Shown here piece by piece: positions 12,801 through 24,269 of a DNA stretch of 64,000 bases. The DNA comes from Octopus sinensis (Eukaryota): positions 2,170,001 to 2,234,000 of the forward strand of contig NC_043011.1 in the NCBI RefSeq assembly GCF_006345805.1, read 5' to 3'. The translations under genes were made by a program, and so were the position numbers. The notes beneath the pieces were generated by a model. It made no database searches. It was not told where the DNA came from and saw nothing but the letters and a program-made list of their open reading frames with translations. The first letter of the stretch is position 1. Each line of letters starts with the position of its first letter.

Positions 12801-12902
12801 GACAGATTCCTTCAAGAAATCCCGGATAAACCCCCTACACCCGGATATGTCTCTGTAAACAATAACTCTCTACTTGAGTGGGCCATAGTGCCCAAATTCT
12901 GA
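9771..12902 (+). CDS. LINE ORF2: AP endonuclease plus reverse transcriptase
   Basis: Frame open from 9771 (after TAA at 9768) to the TGA ending at 12902. EN motifs: LLNAQG, LTETH, DRIGRRKGG, LYRPP, MGDFN, ILDLVF, SDHDMV. RT motifs: GPDRFP, YRPISLTS, QHGFR, YLDFSKAFDRVDH, GVLQGTVLGPLLF, IFADD. CR1-like C-terminus DYWGRLEKLKLYSLQRRRERY. Confidence 0.95.
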   Translation, partial: AGKFFFSHVEHGKRDTQKHSSHHSTPSYAITPVHQFPTLLPLTHTKNPSPLQQSKPATTLTSTFLLNAQGVSPSINAQKWKVQFIEDWVGNHSHHIPFFILTETHLDNSHLEAEVRVKNFTTIRADRIGRRKGGTAIFLHDSFTADGNSIFSNGYCESVTVHNKANDLTVIGLYRPPQTPILCFKECLNSIKCFIQQCHSSNILMMGDFNLPCVDWTTNCLKPSTPTSTADKEAAESLFDFTNEFFLSQLVLAPTGHQNILDLVFSNYTNTIHNVTVEKTLLSDHDMVLCNMKFHQPKANPSDLPPAHPFDNMDLHKANWDAIRNELSNVDWSFTHTHISTNHKTSWQIFVDTVTDICAKHSPPRPVNKKCRIPQNRKTIIRKIKRTNKKINKLKYCQQQHTHSTAIALLESKKYNLQQCMKTLINNQRSAEEKWAIEKIKLNPKVFFSFARKRRVTVSTVGPLIDKTGTLQDNAKSMAEILQKQYCSVFSNPDMADLGCISDVNPQHTISDITFSAPDVLAVINEIKHNSAVGPDRFPACVLKVCRHQLASPLANLWRNSLDAGYIPKNLLSQSVVPVFKKGNKSLAVNYRPISLTSHIIKVFERVVRSRITQFLESNRRLISNQHGFRNGRDCLTQLLHHFEDILRALGEGSNTDVIYLDFSKAFDRVDHKILLKKLSNIGVSGKLLKWIKCFLTDRSQHVVVEGVKSSPAKVSSGVLQGTVLGPLLFIIYVNDINDIIKHSNIKIFADDSKLQKVINEASDRTCLQSDLLAVIQWAEKNNMLLNEDKFELIHFGKEDALKLPYSLPSGETLAASNNIRDLGVIVDNNVSWATHINTKVDMARRMCSWILRTFQSRDIHTIILLFSTFARPHLEYCCPLWSPHTIQGIIKVEAPQRAITKKIDGMTGLDYWGRLEKLKLYSLQRRRERYIICMMWKIFHQHCPNDVGITFKVHPRLGPRAIRPKQKSHSHLITTIRHNYFTSIGPALFNITPKHIKTETDPIGFKKSLDRFLQEIPDKPPTPGYVSVNNNSLLEWAIVPKF
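9783..9806 (+). promoter_or_regulatory. Candidate -1 ribosomal frameshift signal (U_UUU_UUA plus 7-bp hairpin)
   Basis: T TTT TTA at 9783-9789 is in X_XXY_YYZ phase with the ORF1b frame; a -1 shift enters the ORF2 frame, which is open from 9771. GCCATGT-TGA-ACATGGC hairpin at 9790-9806. Confidence 0.5.
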
Positions 12903-12992
12903 CTTGAAAGACTTCACCAGGTGGTGCTATTAAGTTAGACATGGCCTGGGCCAATAATGGCCGAAACCTATCAAAGTATCAAAGTATCAAAG

Positions 12993-13363
12993 TATGTATA
13001 TATATATATATACATATATATATATTATATATATGTATATATATATATTATATATATATTATATATATGTATATATATATATATACATATGTATATATAT
13101 ATATATACATATATATAATATATATATATGTATATATATATATATTATATATATGTATATATATATATATATATAATTATATATATATGTATATATATAT
13201 ATATATATTATATATATATGTATATATATATATTATATATATGTATATATATATATATTATATATATGTATATATATATATATATTATATATATGTGTAT
13301 ATATATATATATATATTATATATATGTATATTATATATATATATTATATATATGTATATATAT

Positions 13364-13394
<31 letters not shown>

Positions 13395-13432
13395 TATATA
13401 TATGTATATATATATATATTATATATATATAT
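12993..13432. repeat. Long interrupted (TA)n array, right flank of the LINE
   Basis: Directly visible. Confidence 0.95.
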
Positions 13433-14615
13433 ATCATCATCATCGTTTAACATCCGCTTTCCATGCTAGCATGGGTTGGACGATTTTGACTGAGGGCTAG
13501 CGAACCAGATGGCTGCACCAGGCTCCAATCTTGATTTGGCAGAGTTTCTACAGCTGGATGTCCTTCCTAACGTCAACCACTCTGAGAGTGTAGTGGGTGC
13601 TTTTTACATGCCACCGGCACGGGGGCTAGTCAGGCGGTACTGGCAATGACCTCGCTCAAATCTTTCTACACATGCCACCGGCACAGGTGCCAGTAAGGCG
13701 ACGTTGGTAGCAATCATGCTCGAATGATGCCCTTTTATGTGCCACTGGCATGGAAGCCAGTTGGCTACTCTGGCAACGATCATGCTCGGATGGTGCTCTT
13801 GGCACCCTACTAGCATGGGTACATGTGCCAGTAAGGCAACGCTGGTAATGATCACACTCGTATAGTGCTCTTTGCACCCCACTAGCACGGATGCCAGTCA
13901 TCGAATTTGATTTTGATTTCATTTGCCTCAAGAGGACTTTGCAAGCAGAGTTCAGTGACCAAAGAAGGAAAATTTATGCATAAGTGGGCTGGTTACGCTC
14001 CTGGCATAGGCCACAGGTTATGGTCTCATTTGGCTTGCCGGATCTTCTCAAGCACAGCATATTTCCAAAAACCTCGGTCACTAGTCATTTCCTTGGTGAG
14101 GCCTAATGTTTGAAGGTCGTGCTTCACCACTTCATCCCAGGTCTTCGTGGGTCTACCTCTTCCACAGGATCCCTCAACCGCTAGGGTGTGGCACTTTTTC
14201 ACACAGCTATCCTCATCCATTCTCGCCACATGACCATACCAGCGCAGTCGTCTCTCTTGCACACCACAACTAATGCTTCTTAGGTCCAACTTTTCTCTCA
14301 AGGTACTTACACTCTGTAGAGTATGCACACTGACATTACACATCCATCGGATCATACTGGCTTCATTCCTTGCGAGCTTACGCATGTCCTCAGCAGTCAC
14401 AGCCCATGTTTCACTGCCATGTAGCATGGCTGTTCGTACACAAGCGTCATACAGTCTACCTTTTACTCTGAGCGAGAGGCACTTTGTTGCCAGCAGAGGT
14501 AAGAGCTCTCTGAAATTTGCCCAAGCTATTCTTATTCTAGCAGCTACACTTTCAGCACACCCTCCTCTGCTACTGACTTGGTCACCTAGGTAACGGAAGC
14601 TATCAACTACATATA
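13433..14615 (-). mobile_element. 5'-truncated RTE-clade LINE with intact ORF C-terminus, 3' UTR and (GAT)n tail
   Basis: VVDSFRYLGDQVSS…ACVRTAMLHGSETW…RRLRWYGHVARM…GRGRPTKTW. The 3' UTR has internal tandem repeats and ends AAAGCGGATGTTAAACGATGATGAT. Confidence 0.92.
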
Positions 14616-15135
14616 GACTTACCTTCAATATTTTGGGCTTATGACCCCATTTTCAATTTCTTGCATTTACTTCACATTGTCTTGGACTCACCCACGATCC
14701 TTTATACAATATATTCTGCACAACGCTTTGTAATAATTGTTCCATTAAAATATATATATATATTTGTGTGTGTGTGTGCGTGTATGTCTTTATCCCCCTA
14801 CCATCAGTTGACAACCAATGTTGGTGTGTTTACATCCTGTAACCTAGTGGTTCAGCAAAAAAGATAAAATAAATACTAGGCTTACAAAGAATAAGTTCTG
14901 GGATCAGTTTGTTCAACTAAAGGCAGTGCTCCAGCATGGCTGCAGTCAAATGCCTGAAACAAGTTAAAAATAAAGGAATATATACGATGGGTTTCTTTCA
15001 GTTTCTGTCTATCAAATCCATTCACACAAGGCTATAGTAGAAAACACTTGTCCAAGGTGCCACGCAGTGGAACTGAACCCAGAACAATGTGCTTGGGAAG
15101 CAGGCTTTTTACCACACAGCCAAACCAGCACCTGT

Positions 15136-15440
15136 GGAGGCACATGGCCTAGTGATTAGAGTAGCAGACTCGCGGTCGAGGGATCGCGGGTTCGAATCTC
15201 AGACTGGGCGATGTGTGTGTTTATGAGCGAAACACCTAAGCTCCACGTGGCTCCGGCAGAAGGTAATGGCGAACTTCATGCTGACTCTTTCGCCACAACG
15301 TTCTCTCACTCATTCCTCCTGCATCTTGCAGCTCACCTGTGATGGACCAGCGTCCCATCCAGGTGGGGAACCTATACGCCAAGAAACTGGGAAACCGGCC
15401 CTTATGAGCCAGGCATGGCTCGAAAAAGAACAAACAAACA
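15136..15440 (+). mobile_element. tRNA-derived SINE family C
   Basis: A-box TGGCCTAGTGA and B-box GGTTCGAATCT. The internal CTGTGATGGACCAGCGTCCCATCCAGG resembles the V-SINE domain. Single copy in the window. Confidence 0.75.
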
Positions 15441-15844
15441 AAAACACCAGCACCTATACAGGTACATGGTATTTTGTTATGCAACCATAATATGCTATAA
15501 AGTATATTAAACGTTTTGATAAGTCAGTACCATGTTCTACAGCATCAGCAGGGTACTTTCTAAAATCAGTGCTGGCTATAATTTCTATAGAATATCTACA
15601 GAAATAACCTTAATAAATAATGTAGAAAGTGCATTGCTAACACAGTAGAACATAATATTGACTTATTAAATCGTTTAATATACTTTATAGTATATTATAG
15701 TATATTATGTATCTAAAAGTCATGAACTTTTACCTACCAGTTTCAGGAATACGTTTAATATGTAAATTGGTATATCCAATAACCACTCACTACTAGATAC
15801 ATTGGATATTTAAGCAATGTGTTTGAGGACACTTAATGGGTTAG

Positions 15845-15900
15845 ATGGGTGCTGATGAAGGGGCAACCCTCCCCCACCGAAATATGGCATATACTCCCAT
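15845..15900 (+). ncRNA. Degenerate hammerhead-like motif
   Basis: ATGGGTG-CTGATGA-AGGG-GCAA-CCCT-CCCCCACC-GAAA-TATG-GCA-TATACTCCCAT: both core halves present, GNRA-capped stem II, and partial stem I (ATGGG/CCCAT). Confidence 0.45.
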
Positions 15901-16020
15901 TACTTGTTTTTCATCTTCGACTTCATTGCGTATTTACATATGACATCTTGTATACAAAATGTTGTAGCAAAAATCAGTGGTGGGAGTAATTTTTATAGAA
16001 TATCTATAGAGATAACCTTC

Positions 16021-16168
16021 AATGTGGTAAGTAGCTTGCTCACCAACCATATGGTTTTGGGTTCAGTTTCACTGTGAGGCACCTTGGGCAAGTGTCTTCT
16101 ACTATAGCCTCGGGCTGACCAAAGCCTTGTGTGCAGATTTGGTGGACAGAAACTGAAAGAAGCCCATC

Positions 16169-16237
<69 letters not shown>

Positions 16238-16452
16238 CTGTGTTTGTCACCCCACCATTGCTTGACAACCGATGCTGGTGTGTTTATGTTCCTGTAAATT
16301 AGCAGTTCGGTAAAAGAAACTGATAGAATAAGCAATAGGCTTACAAAAAATAAGTCCTAGGGTCGATTTGGTAGGGGTTCATTTGCTAGAATAAAGGCGG
16401 TGCTCCAGCATGGCCACAGTCAAATGACTGAAACAAATAAAAGAATAAAAGA
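16021..16452 (+). mobile_element. SINE family A (about 400 bp, tRNA-derived head, internal TA/TG microsatellite), slightly 5'-truncated
   Basis: Aligns with the complete copies at 18226, 24712 and 60256. Confidence 0.85.
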
Positions 16453-17032
16453 ATATGTAAATATATATCTTTAATTTTTTACAGGTTTCAGTCAATGGAC
16501 TGTGGTCATACTGGGGCACTGCCTTGAATCAATCCTAGTACTCTTTCTTTTAAAGCTTGTTACTTATTCTGTCATCGCCTTTGCTGAACCAGTAAGTTAC
16601 ATGGATGATAACAAACCAACACTAGCTGTCTTGTGGTGGTGTGTGACAAACACAACTATGAAGATGCACACACACACACACACATGTACACACATATCAT
16701 GCATGCACACACATATCATACAATGGGCTTCTTTCAGTTTCTGTTTACCAGATCCACTTACAAGGCTCTGGTTGACTTGAGGCTCAAAATGCCACATAAT
16801 GGGATTGAACCTGGGTGAGAAAGAATCTTTTCTTATCGCACAGGTGTATGTGTGTTCGTTTGCATGTGCATATGTGTGAGAGTGTTTGTATATGTATATT
16901 TTCATTAAATGAAGAATTAAAAAAAATATTTTAATAAATGTACACTTCATCTTTGTTATTCAAATACATGCCAAGTACCAATGTGAGTTATTCACCTTAA
17001 ATTATTTTCACTTCAATTATGCAAATTACCAA

Positions 17033-17225
17033 TGCGGCAAACTGGCAGAAATGTTAGCATGCTGGGCAAAATGCTTTGCAGTATTTCATCTGTTTTTACA
17101 TTCTGAGTTCAAATTCAGCCGAGGTCGACTTTGCCTTTCATCCTTTTGGGGTCAATAAATTAAGTACCAAATCGACTGGCCCCACCTCCCCAAAAATTTC
17201 AGGCCTTGTGCCTAGAGTAGAAAAG
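17033..17225 (+). mobile_element. SINE family B variant
   Basis: Same head and central block as 4277-4510, with a different 3' part. Confidence 0.8.
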
Positions 17226-17317
17226 AATTATGTAAATTACTTCAGTCTTAAATGTGTTCTACACTTTTTACTGTAATGTCTAAATGTCTTGTCTACTGAA
17301 GATAAGTAGGACTATTA

Positions 17318-17360
17318 CTGTGCTGATGATGTCTATTAGGACAGGAACAAATACCCACAG
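17318..17360 (+). ncRNA. Degenerate hammerhead-like motif
   Basis: CTGTG-CTGATGA-TGTC-TATTAG-GACA-GGAAC-AAAT-ACC-CACAG: perfect 5-bp stem I and 4-bp stem II. GAAAC and the GTC triplet are each altered by transitions. Confidence 0.4.
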
Positions 17361-18225
17361 CTCTCTTCTTATTTCCAGAAAATCACAGACTGTTTTTCTA
17401 TCTTAACAGCATGACAATTTTAGAGGGTTATTCATTCTTGAGGTTAATTCTCTGTTTTTTTGGAATTGGTATTAATTGCTACTAAATGGTTATACTACCC
17501 TCCCTAGAAGTAGAGATGGTTTCATTAACCCTTTATCATTCAGTTTACTCCATCAAATGCAATGTTTATTTATTCACATTGTTTTGAACTGATCATGCAT
17601 TTATCTTGTAACCTTGAAATTTTGATAATGTGATTCATTATTTTAGAGTGGCATTGTGGAATGACAGGTGTGAGAAACTAGATTTTGCCAGTTTGAACAT
17701 AAAACAGGTAGAATATTTTGTTCAGATATGGTTGGTTTAAATGCTAAAGGATTAAATTGAAAATTTATCTTGTATATTATTTAATACACCCTTACATATC
17801 TATGTTGTTCATATATGTGCCTCTGGCAATTCATATATAGATATATAAATATGTGTGTATGTAAATATTTTTGTGCACACACACATACACAGACATGCAT
17901 ATATATAAAGATAGAGAAATAGATAGATAGCTAGATACTTACTTAAATACATACATACTCACATACATATGTAACACACAGCCTAACTAACAATCTTGAG
18001 AAATTAGGCATCTTAAAACCAGAAAGGAAAAAGCTAATTCGAAGATTACAGATCCAATCCGTCACTGGACCTGTAAAACTCTGTAAAACTTTCCAGAAGT
18101 TTATCATTTAAATATATATGAGCATGTCTAGATATGCGATTATATGCAAGAGAATACATATATAAAAGAACACACACAAATCTGCATATATATATATACA
18201 TACATATATATATATATATATACAT

Positions 18226-18628
18226 AGGCGCAGGAGTGGCTGTGTGGTAAGTAGCTTGCTAACCAATCACATGGTTCCGGGTTCAGTCCCACTGTCTGGC
18301 ATCTTGGGCAAGTGTCTTCTGCTATAGCCCCGGTCTGACCAATGCCTTGTGAGTGGATTTGGTAGACGGAAACTGAAAGAAGCCTGTCGTATATATGTAT
18401 ATATATATATGTGTGTGTTTGTGTGTCTGTGTTTGTCCCCCTAGCAGTGCTTGACAACCGATGCTGGTGTGTTTACGTCCCCGTCACTTAGCGGTTCGGC
18501 AAAAAGAGACTGATAGAATAAGTACTAGGCTTACAAAGAATAAGTCCCGGGGGCAATTTGCTCGACTAAAGGCGGTGCTCCAGCATGGCCGCAGTCAAAT
18601 GACTGAAACAAGTAAAAGAGTAAAAGAG
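18226..18628 (+). mobile_element. SINE family A, complete
   Basis: AGGCGCAGGAGTGGCTGTGTGGTAAG head, GGTTCAGTCCC B-box, CORE-like CTTGGGCAAGTGTCTT, and (GTAAAAGA)n tail. Confidence 0.9.
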
Positions 18629-18877
18629 TATACAAGTAAAAATATCCTGTTGTTGATGCTGGAATTCTAATGACTCTTTATTGATAAGAGATCTTAAAAT
18701 ATAACTGAACAATGACATACACACATATATTCATGAGATATCTTTTCTAGAAACTTCATGTACACCCAGTCAACTCTACTTGATCTGATGTGTGGTTGAG
18801 GTTTCAAATCAAATAAAGACTCCAGGCTATGGCCATTTTATGTAGACATGAATTTGGAAACTTAAAACATGAGGAAA

Positions 18878-19275
18878 TCTTTATATATAAAAGTGAAGTT
18901 GTGTGTCTGTCTCCTACGATTTAGATTCCTAACTACTCCCACATTTTGCGGTGCAGTTTAACCAAAACCGGGTATCTTATAGTCGTGATTCATATCGAGC
19001 CCTTCTGGGTATTAGCGCACGTCTACAATGAGTCTACGATTTAAAAAAAAATTTACCATCATTTTTTTCCATTTTAATGCATTTTTTCGCTATTATATAA
19101 GGGAAGTAACTCTCTAAAAATGTCTACGATGAGTCAACGATTTAAAAAAAAATTTACCATCATTTTTTTTCCATTTTTAATGCATTTGTTTGCTATTTTT
19201 TGGCTATAACTCTCTAAAAATGCTTATATAGTTATTTCCCTTACAAACCCGAGTGACGCCGGGTGATACTGCTAG
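18878..19275 (+). mobile_element. Non-autonomous Helitron, copy 2 (longest)
   Basis: A|TCTTTATATATAAAAG start; ACCCG-AGTGACGC-CGGGT hairpin; CTAG end; internal tandem duplication of about 90 bp. Confidence 0.85.
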
Positions 19276-20383
19276 AATTTTATAATTTTAAAGACAGTTA
19301 GGAGTTATTTGAAGACGTGTTGGTTTTTATATTGAACTAACTTAGCACTAGGACAAAAGCTTTGTTGCTGACTTTAGAGGTTATTTTCTAGATAGCAAAC
19401 AATATCAACTTTTAATAAAAGATATATCTCATAGATACCTATTTTTTTTAAATGCTGTCAAGTTTCTTTTGTGATGGAAAGAAGTGACAAAATAGAGCCA
19501 TATGTTTTGGAGATTCTTCTAAATAGCTTTTATTCATTGCAAAATATTTTTTTAAATGTGTAAAAAAAAAAAAGAAACAGAACAACATATTTATCTAAGC
19601 AGATATTTACGTATCATAAAAGTTTCTTCATATAGAAGACTTACAAAATATAAACTTAAAATCTTTTATAAATAGTTTGGATGGTGCAACATAGATTTAT
19701 AAGCATTTGATAAGACTTCAGTTTATTTCCTTGTCATTTTAATTTGCTGACTAGAAAGTTTGATATTGAAAATGTATTGAAAGCAATGTATTTTCTTGGA
19801 ATGTGCTGACCTATGGTATAATTACACTGTGGTATCTTTTGGAGATGCAAGGAATTGCATCAAAAATCAATGCTTATCTCTTATATGCCATAAATGGTAT
19901 GAATTCTTCTAGCTAAGAAATACTTTTTAGACTGTTATTTCAGATGGGTGGTGAATACATGATCAGCATAAATTTCAAATAGCAATACATACATTTTTGC
20001 TAAAAATTAAAGTATTTGAACAATATGTGAATACAAATAATCAAGTCAGAAGGGTAACATTTAACAGTCTCTAAATTCAGCTGTTTAAATTCAGTCACAA
20101 ACTATCAGTCAATTCTTAGTGGCTGAATTCACCTTCATCTAAATAAGAAATGTGGGAAGGGTTATAATTTCTTTAAAGCAGTAACCACATTTGGGAATCA
20201 ATGAATAATTCATTGGCTTGCTATGCTGAGTGAATTTATTTCCTCTTGTAGGAAAAGCTACATTCAAAAGATCCTTGCCTTTTACAAGAGGGATTTGACT
20301 CTCATCCATGAATTCTATAGAAACCAGAGTCAAGCCCTGGATTTAAGAATTTGAATAGATTTTCTGCTTGCTCTTTGCTCTTT

Positions 20384-20692
20384 TGCTTGTTTCAGTCATT
20401 TGACTGCGGCCATGCTGGAGCACCACTTTTAGTCGAGCAAATCGACCCCAGGACTTATTCTTTGTAAGCTAATTCTATCGGTCTCTTTTGCCGAACTGCT
20501 TAGTGACGGGGACGTTAACACACCAGCATCGGTTATCAAGCAATGCTGGGGGGACAAACACAGACACACAAACACACACATATATATATACATATATACG
20601 ACAGGCTTCTTTCAGATTCCGTCTACCAAATCTACTCACAAGGCATTGGTCGGCCCGGGGCTATAGCAGAAGACACTTGCCCAAGATGCCAT
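20384..20692 (-). mobile_element. SINE family A, 5'-truncated
   Basis: Reverse complement of the family A body. Confidence 0.85.
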
Positions 20693-22066
20693 TTGTTCAG
20701 AATGTCTACAATAATTGTTTCGAACGTAGGCAGAATGTTACATACTTAGTGTGTAGGGTGTAGTTGATTATGTAGGCTGCAGTTAATTGTTGTTAGTTAT
20801 TTGATCAACAATAGAAGGGTACTAAACTCAGAAAACATAACTTGGTGCAATTAAATAACATGAGACCTTTTATCTTGCACTTTACTGATTTGACCAATCC
20901 AATATTGTGGAAATTGTTAGAAGAGAAATCAAAATAAAGTAATGAAAACATGTAACTCTCTAGTTGAAAGGGCAGCCAACATATTCTATGATGGTGATAT
21001 AGTGTTTCTATCTTTTAACAAAGACTACATTTCAGATGTACCTCTAATTGTCCCATGCTGCAAGACTGGTTTCATCAGTATCAACCACAAATTACAAAAA
21101 ATCTACTTGGTTGAGAAGACTACATGGTCGAGCAGCTAGCAGTTACATCTTCTACGTATCTAATGGGAAAAGAACCCGGTCTCTTCTCTGTTAAGAGCAG
21201 CCTGTAAAGAAACAATAAGATAACCAAGGAAAGCAAGGCATGAAAGGGTTTAGCAGATGCTTTGGCAACGAATGTGATACCAATGTATTCGAAAACCTGG
21301 TCAGTGTAAATTTGACTTTACTGATAATAATAGCTGCAAATAAAATACCAAATCGTTGCACTGATACCTGTTTTTTTTAGTTATGTCTGTGAGGTGAGAA
21401 TGTGAAGAGCTGTTGAGGAAATGCTTAATATCCCAAATGCATCCCTTTCTTAACTGCCAAGCAATGATCTAGACCAGCTAATTCAAATGCACACACTTTC
21501 TTAAAAAGTAGGCGCATCGCATAATAGGAAACTATATTTTTTGTATATAACTTCTAAAAATTTATGTTAATTAAGTAAAGCAGATAAGTAAAAGAGTTTC
21601 TCTAAAATTATAACAGTAACTAGGTCACAGAGGTAATAGATGGTGTTATTAAGAAAAAAGGATGAGTGAATATAAAAGTTTTTACATAAACTTAGACAGC
21701 TAAAATGACTCTCTTTCCCACTGCAAAATGTAAAAATAGCATTCTTTATGCATCCTGGTTCATAAATTAGGTTTACTTTGTATGCCATAAAAATCAGTTA
21801 AAAGGTTGGCATCAGAAAGAACATCCATAGGTGAAACACGCCTTCAAATTGTTAAATTCAATCCATGTCAAGTGAGGCAAAATAGACAAATGATGATGAA
21901 GTGGAGGTAGATGATGGATAAAAGAAACCATTTGAAAATCTTGAATAAGAAAATATTTATGAAAGAAACTATTTAACATTTAAATACAATGTGTAGTGGG
22001 ACCAGGGACCAGGTATACCAATGTGTTTCTGAAAGCCATTCTAGTTGGAATATGTGGGTATATATG

Positions 22067-22098
<32 letters not shown>

Positions 22099-22597
22099 CA
22101 TATGGCAATATATTTTGTCAAGTCTCTGTTTACTATTATCAACTTTTCATTGAACATAGTTAATTAATTATAGCATTCGTATATCTTAATCAAGGTTGAA
22201 TCACACACACAGACACACACAGACACACACACACACACACACACACACTTCTATATATAATGGAAAGACAAGGGGGAGAAGAAGTAGGGTAACATAACAA
22301 AATATGTAACATTACTGCAACTTTAGATATTTCATTCTTTATCTTTTGAAGAGAATATTAGTAAACGAAATTGCAATGTTATTTTCAGTCTGAACAGGAA
22401 TGCAGTGAGTAGCTTGTTCCCCAGTTCAAATGTGCATCAAGCATATTCACACTTATCACTGCTTAGTGCCCCCCCCCCCCTTCTGTAATTTACTTACGGT
22501 GAGCCACCATATAGGGCTGTCAGTCATCGTACAGTGACTGGAAAAGCATAAGAGAGGTAATTTCTTAATTCAACTCACAGTGCTGTCCACTTAATGT

Positions 22598-22644
22598 CTT
22601 GACCGATGAGGAAAAAACTACTCCAAAATGTTAACGTCTTACAG
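22598..22644 (+). ncRNA. Degenerate hammerhead-like motif
   Basis: CCGATGA-GGA-AAAAACTAC-TCC-AAAA-T-GTTAAC-GTC-TTACAG. Single transitions would restore CTGATGA, GAAA and a palindromic ACGTTAACGT stem III before a GTC triplet. Confidence 0.45.
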
Positions 22645-23009
22645 TCTAGGTAAATGGTACTGTGAGCTGATCTAAGTGTATACACACTATTTGTCAACAA
22701 GTGGGATATAGTCTCTGTGACAAAACACAGTGAGTAGCTTGTTCCTCAGTTCGAATGAGCATCAAGCACATTCTGATTGATGATAACATTGTAATTTCCT
22801 TTATCACTGCTTAGTGCATCCCCTCTGAAACTAGTAAATGAAATCATTGCATGATCAATTAGAAATCCCTGTGCTTTAGTATCCAAAGATACTACTTCCA
22901 ATGGAATTACTTCATGTAACCAATTAATACTTTTAAAATGTGAGTGTTTAAAAATGATCTAATAGCATCATAGATTTTAAAGTAAATAACAATTTCATAT
23001 GTCAAAGTC

Positions 23010-23177
23010 TCAGGAGTGGCTGTGTGGTAAGTAGCTTGCTTACCAACCACATGGTTCAGGGTTCAGTCCCACTGCATGGCACCTTGGGCAAGTGTCTTCT
23101 ACTATAGCCTCGGGCCGACCAAAGTGTTGTGAGTGGATTTGATAGATGGAAACTGAAAGAAGCCTGTCGTATATATG

Positions 23178-23217
<40 letters not shown>

Positions 23218-23420
23218 TGTGTCTGTGTTTGTCCCCCCAACATCGCTTGACAACTGATGCTGGTGTGTTTGCGTCCCTGTAACTTAGCGGTTCGGCAAAA
23301 GAGACCAATAGAATAAGTACTAGGCTTACAAAGAATAAGTCCTGGGGTTGATTTGCTCGACTAAAGGCGGTGCTCCAGCATGGCTGCAGTCAAATGACTG
23401 AAACAAGTAAAAGAAAAGAA
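23010..23420 (+). mobile_element. SINE family A
   Basis: Aligns with the other family A copies. Confidence 0.9.
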
Positions 23421-24269
23421 AAAAGAAAAAGGGAATTAGCTTATGTAACCGACATTTTTTGAGTTTTCAGCATTTAAAACACACGTATTTTTAAAACAAT
23501 CTAATAGCAAAGTGCACTTCACAAAACGCATTTCCATAAACCATCATTTTTCATGGTGAAGATACACTCATGTGTATGAGCTATATTTGGGTGTACATAA
23601 AAGTTGTACATTAGGCCCTCTGTGCCTTGCAATCTTGCCATTTAGTGTTCATGTTTTCTGTGTATGGTGATTTTTGTATGAGCTGTCTTATTTTACCAGT
23701 CACTATAACCTTGTTTCCATTGTATAATATATGCCCTCTTTGATAATGCGTAGTGACAGGGAAACTCTCACTAAAAACAGCTGGTATGTGCAGTGATCAG
23801 TCGTTCAAGAAAGAATGACAGCAAAAGCCTCAAATTTAAAGATTGCTTTCAGTATTATGGAAATAAGCCAGTTATTGTAATTCTTCAGGGTTTATTTTTA
23901 TTTTTTGAGAAACTCAAATAAATCCATGCTAATAAAACACAAGACTTTTATAAAATAAATGTAAACAATGAAGTGATATGGCTAAATCTAGTGTTGATAT
24001 TTCTTAATTTATGGTAGAAAAACTGAGAGTAGCAACCATAAAAAAATTGCTTCTGACTAGCTATTTTGTTGAACATAGCAAATGTTTTTTGCGAATGTTC
24101 ATAATCTTCTGATAGAATGTAAGAAAGAAATTTTGAATATTAAGGTTACTGAAATATTAAAATTGGAAAGAATAAAATTTTTGTATGTTATTCAGAATGG
24201 AATAGACTTTTCTAAAAAAAAAAGAAGAAAAAAAAAAGAAAATAAGTGGTAACAGAGAGCTGCAAGGCA

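Larger units (their letters stand above)
8608..12992 (+). mobile_element. Apparently full-length CR1/L2-group (Jockey superfamily) LINE
   Basis: About 300-bp 5' UTR, ORF1 region 8916-9897, EN+RT ORF2 ending at 12902, short 3' UTR with stem-loop potential (CCAGG…CCTGG), and a (TATCAAAG)3 tail at 12969-12992. Flanked by (TA)n on both sides. The 5' end is approximate. Confidence 0.92.

Noticed and set aside
15136-15210. tRNA-like sequences (also at 35773 and SINE A and B heads) as tRNA genes
   Set aside because: A- and B-boxes are present but no complete cloverleaf can be drawn, and they continue into SINE bodies.
20252-20354. Possible terminal exon KSYIQKILAFYKRDLTLIHEFYRNQSQALDLRI*
   Set aside because: Plausible acceptor but no recognisable protein and no linked exon; needs RNA-seq.
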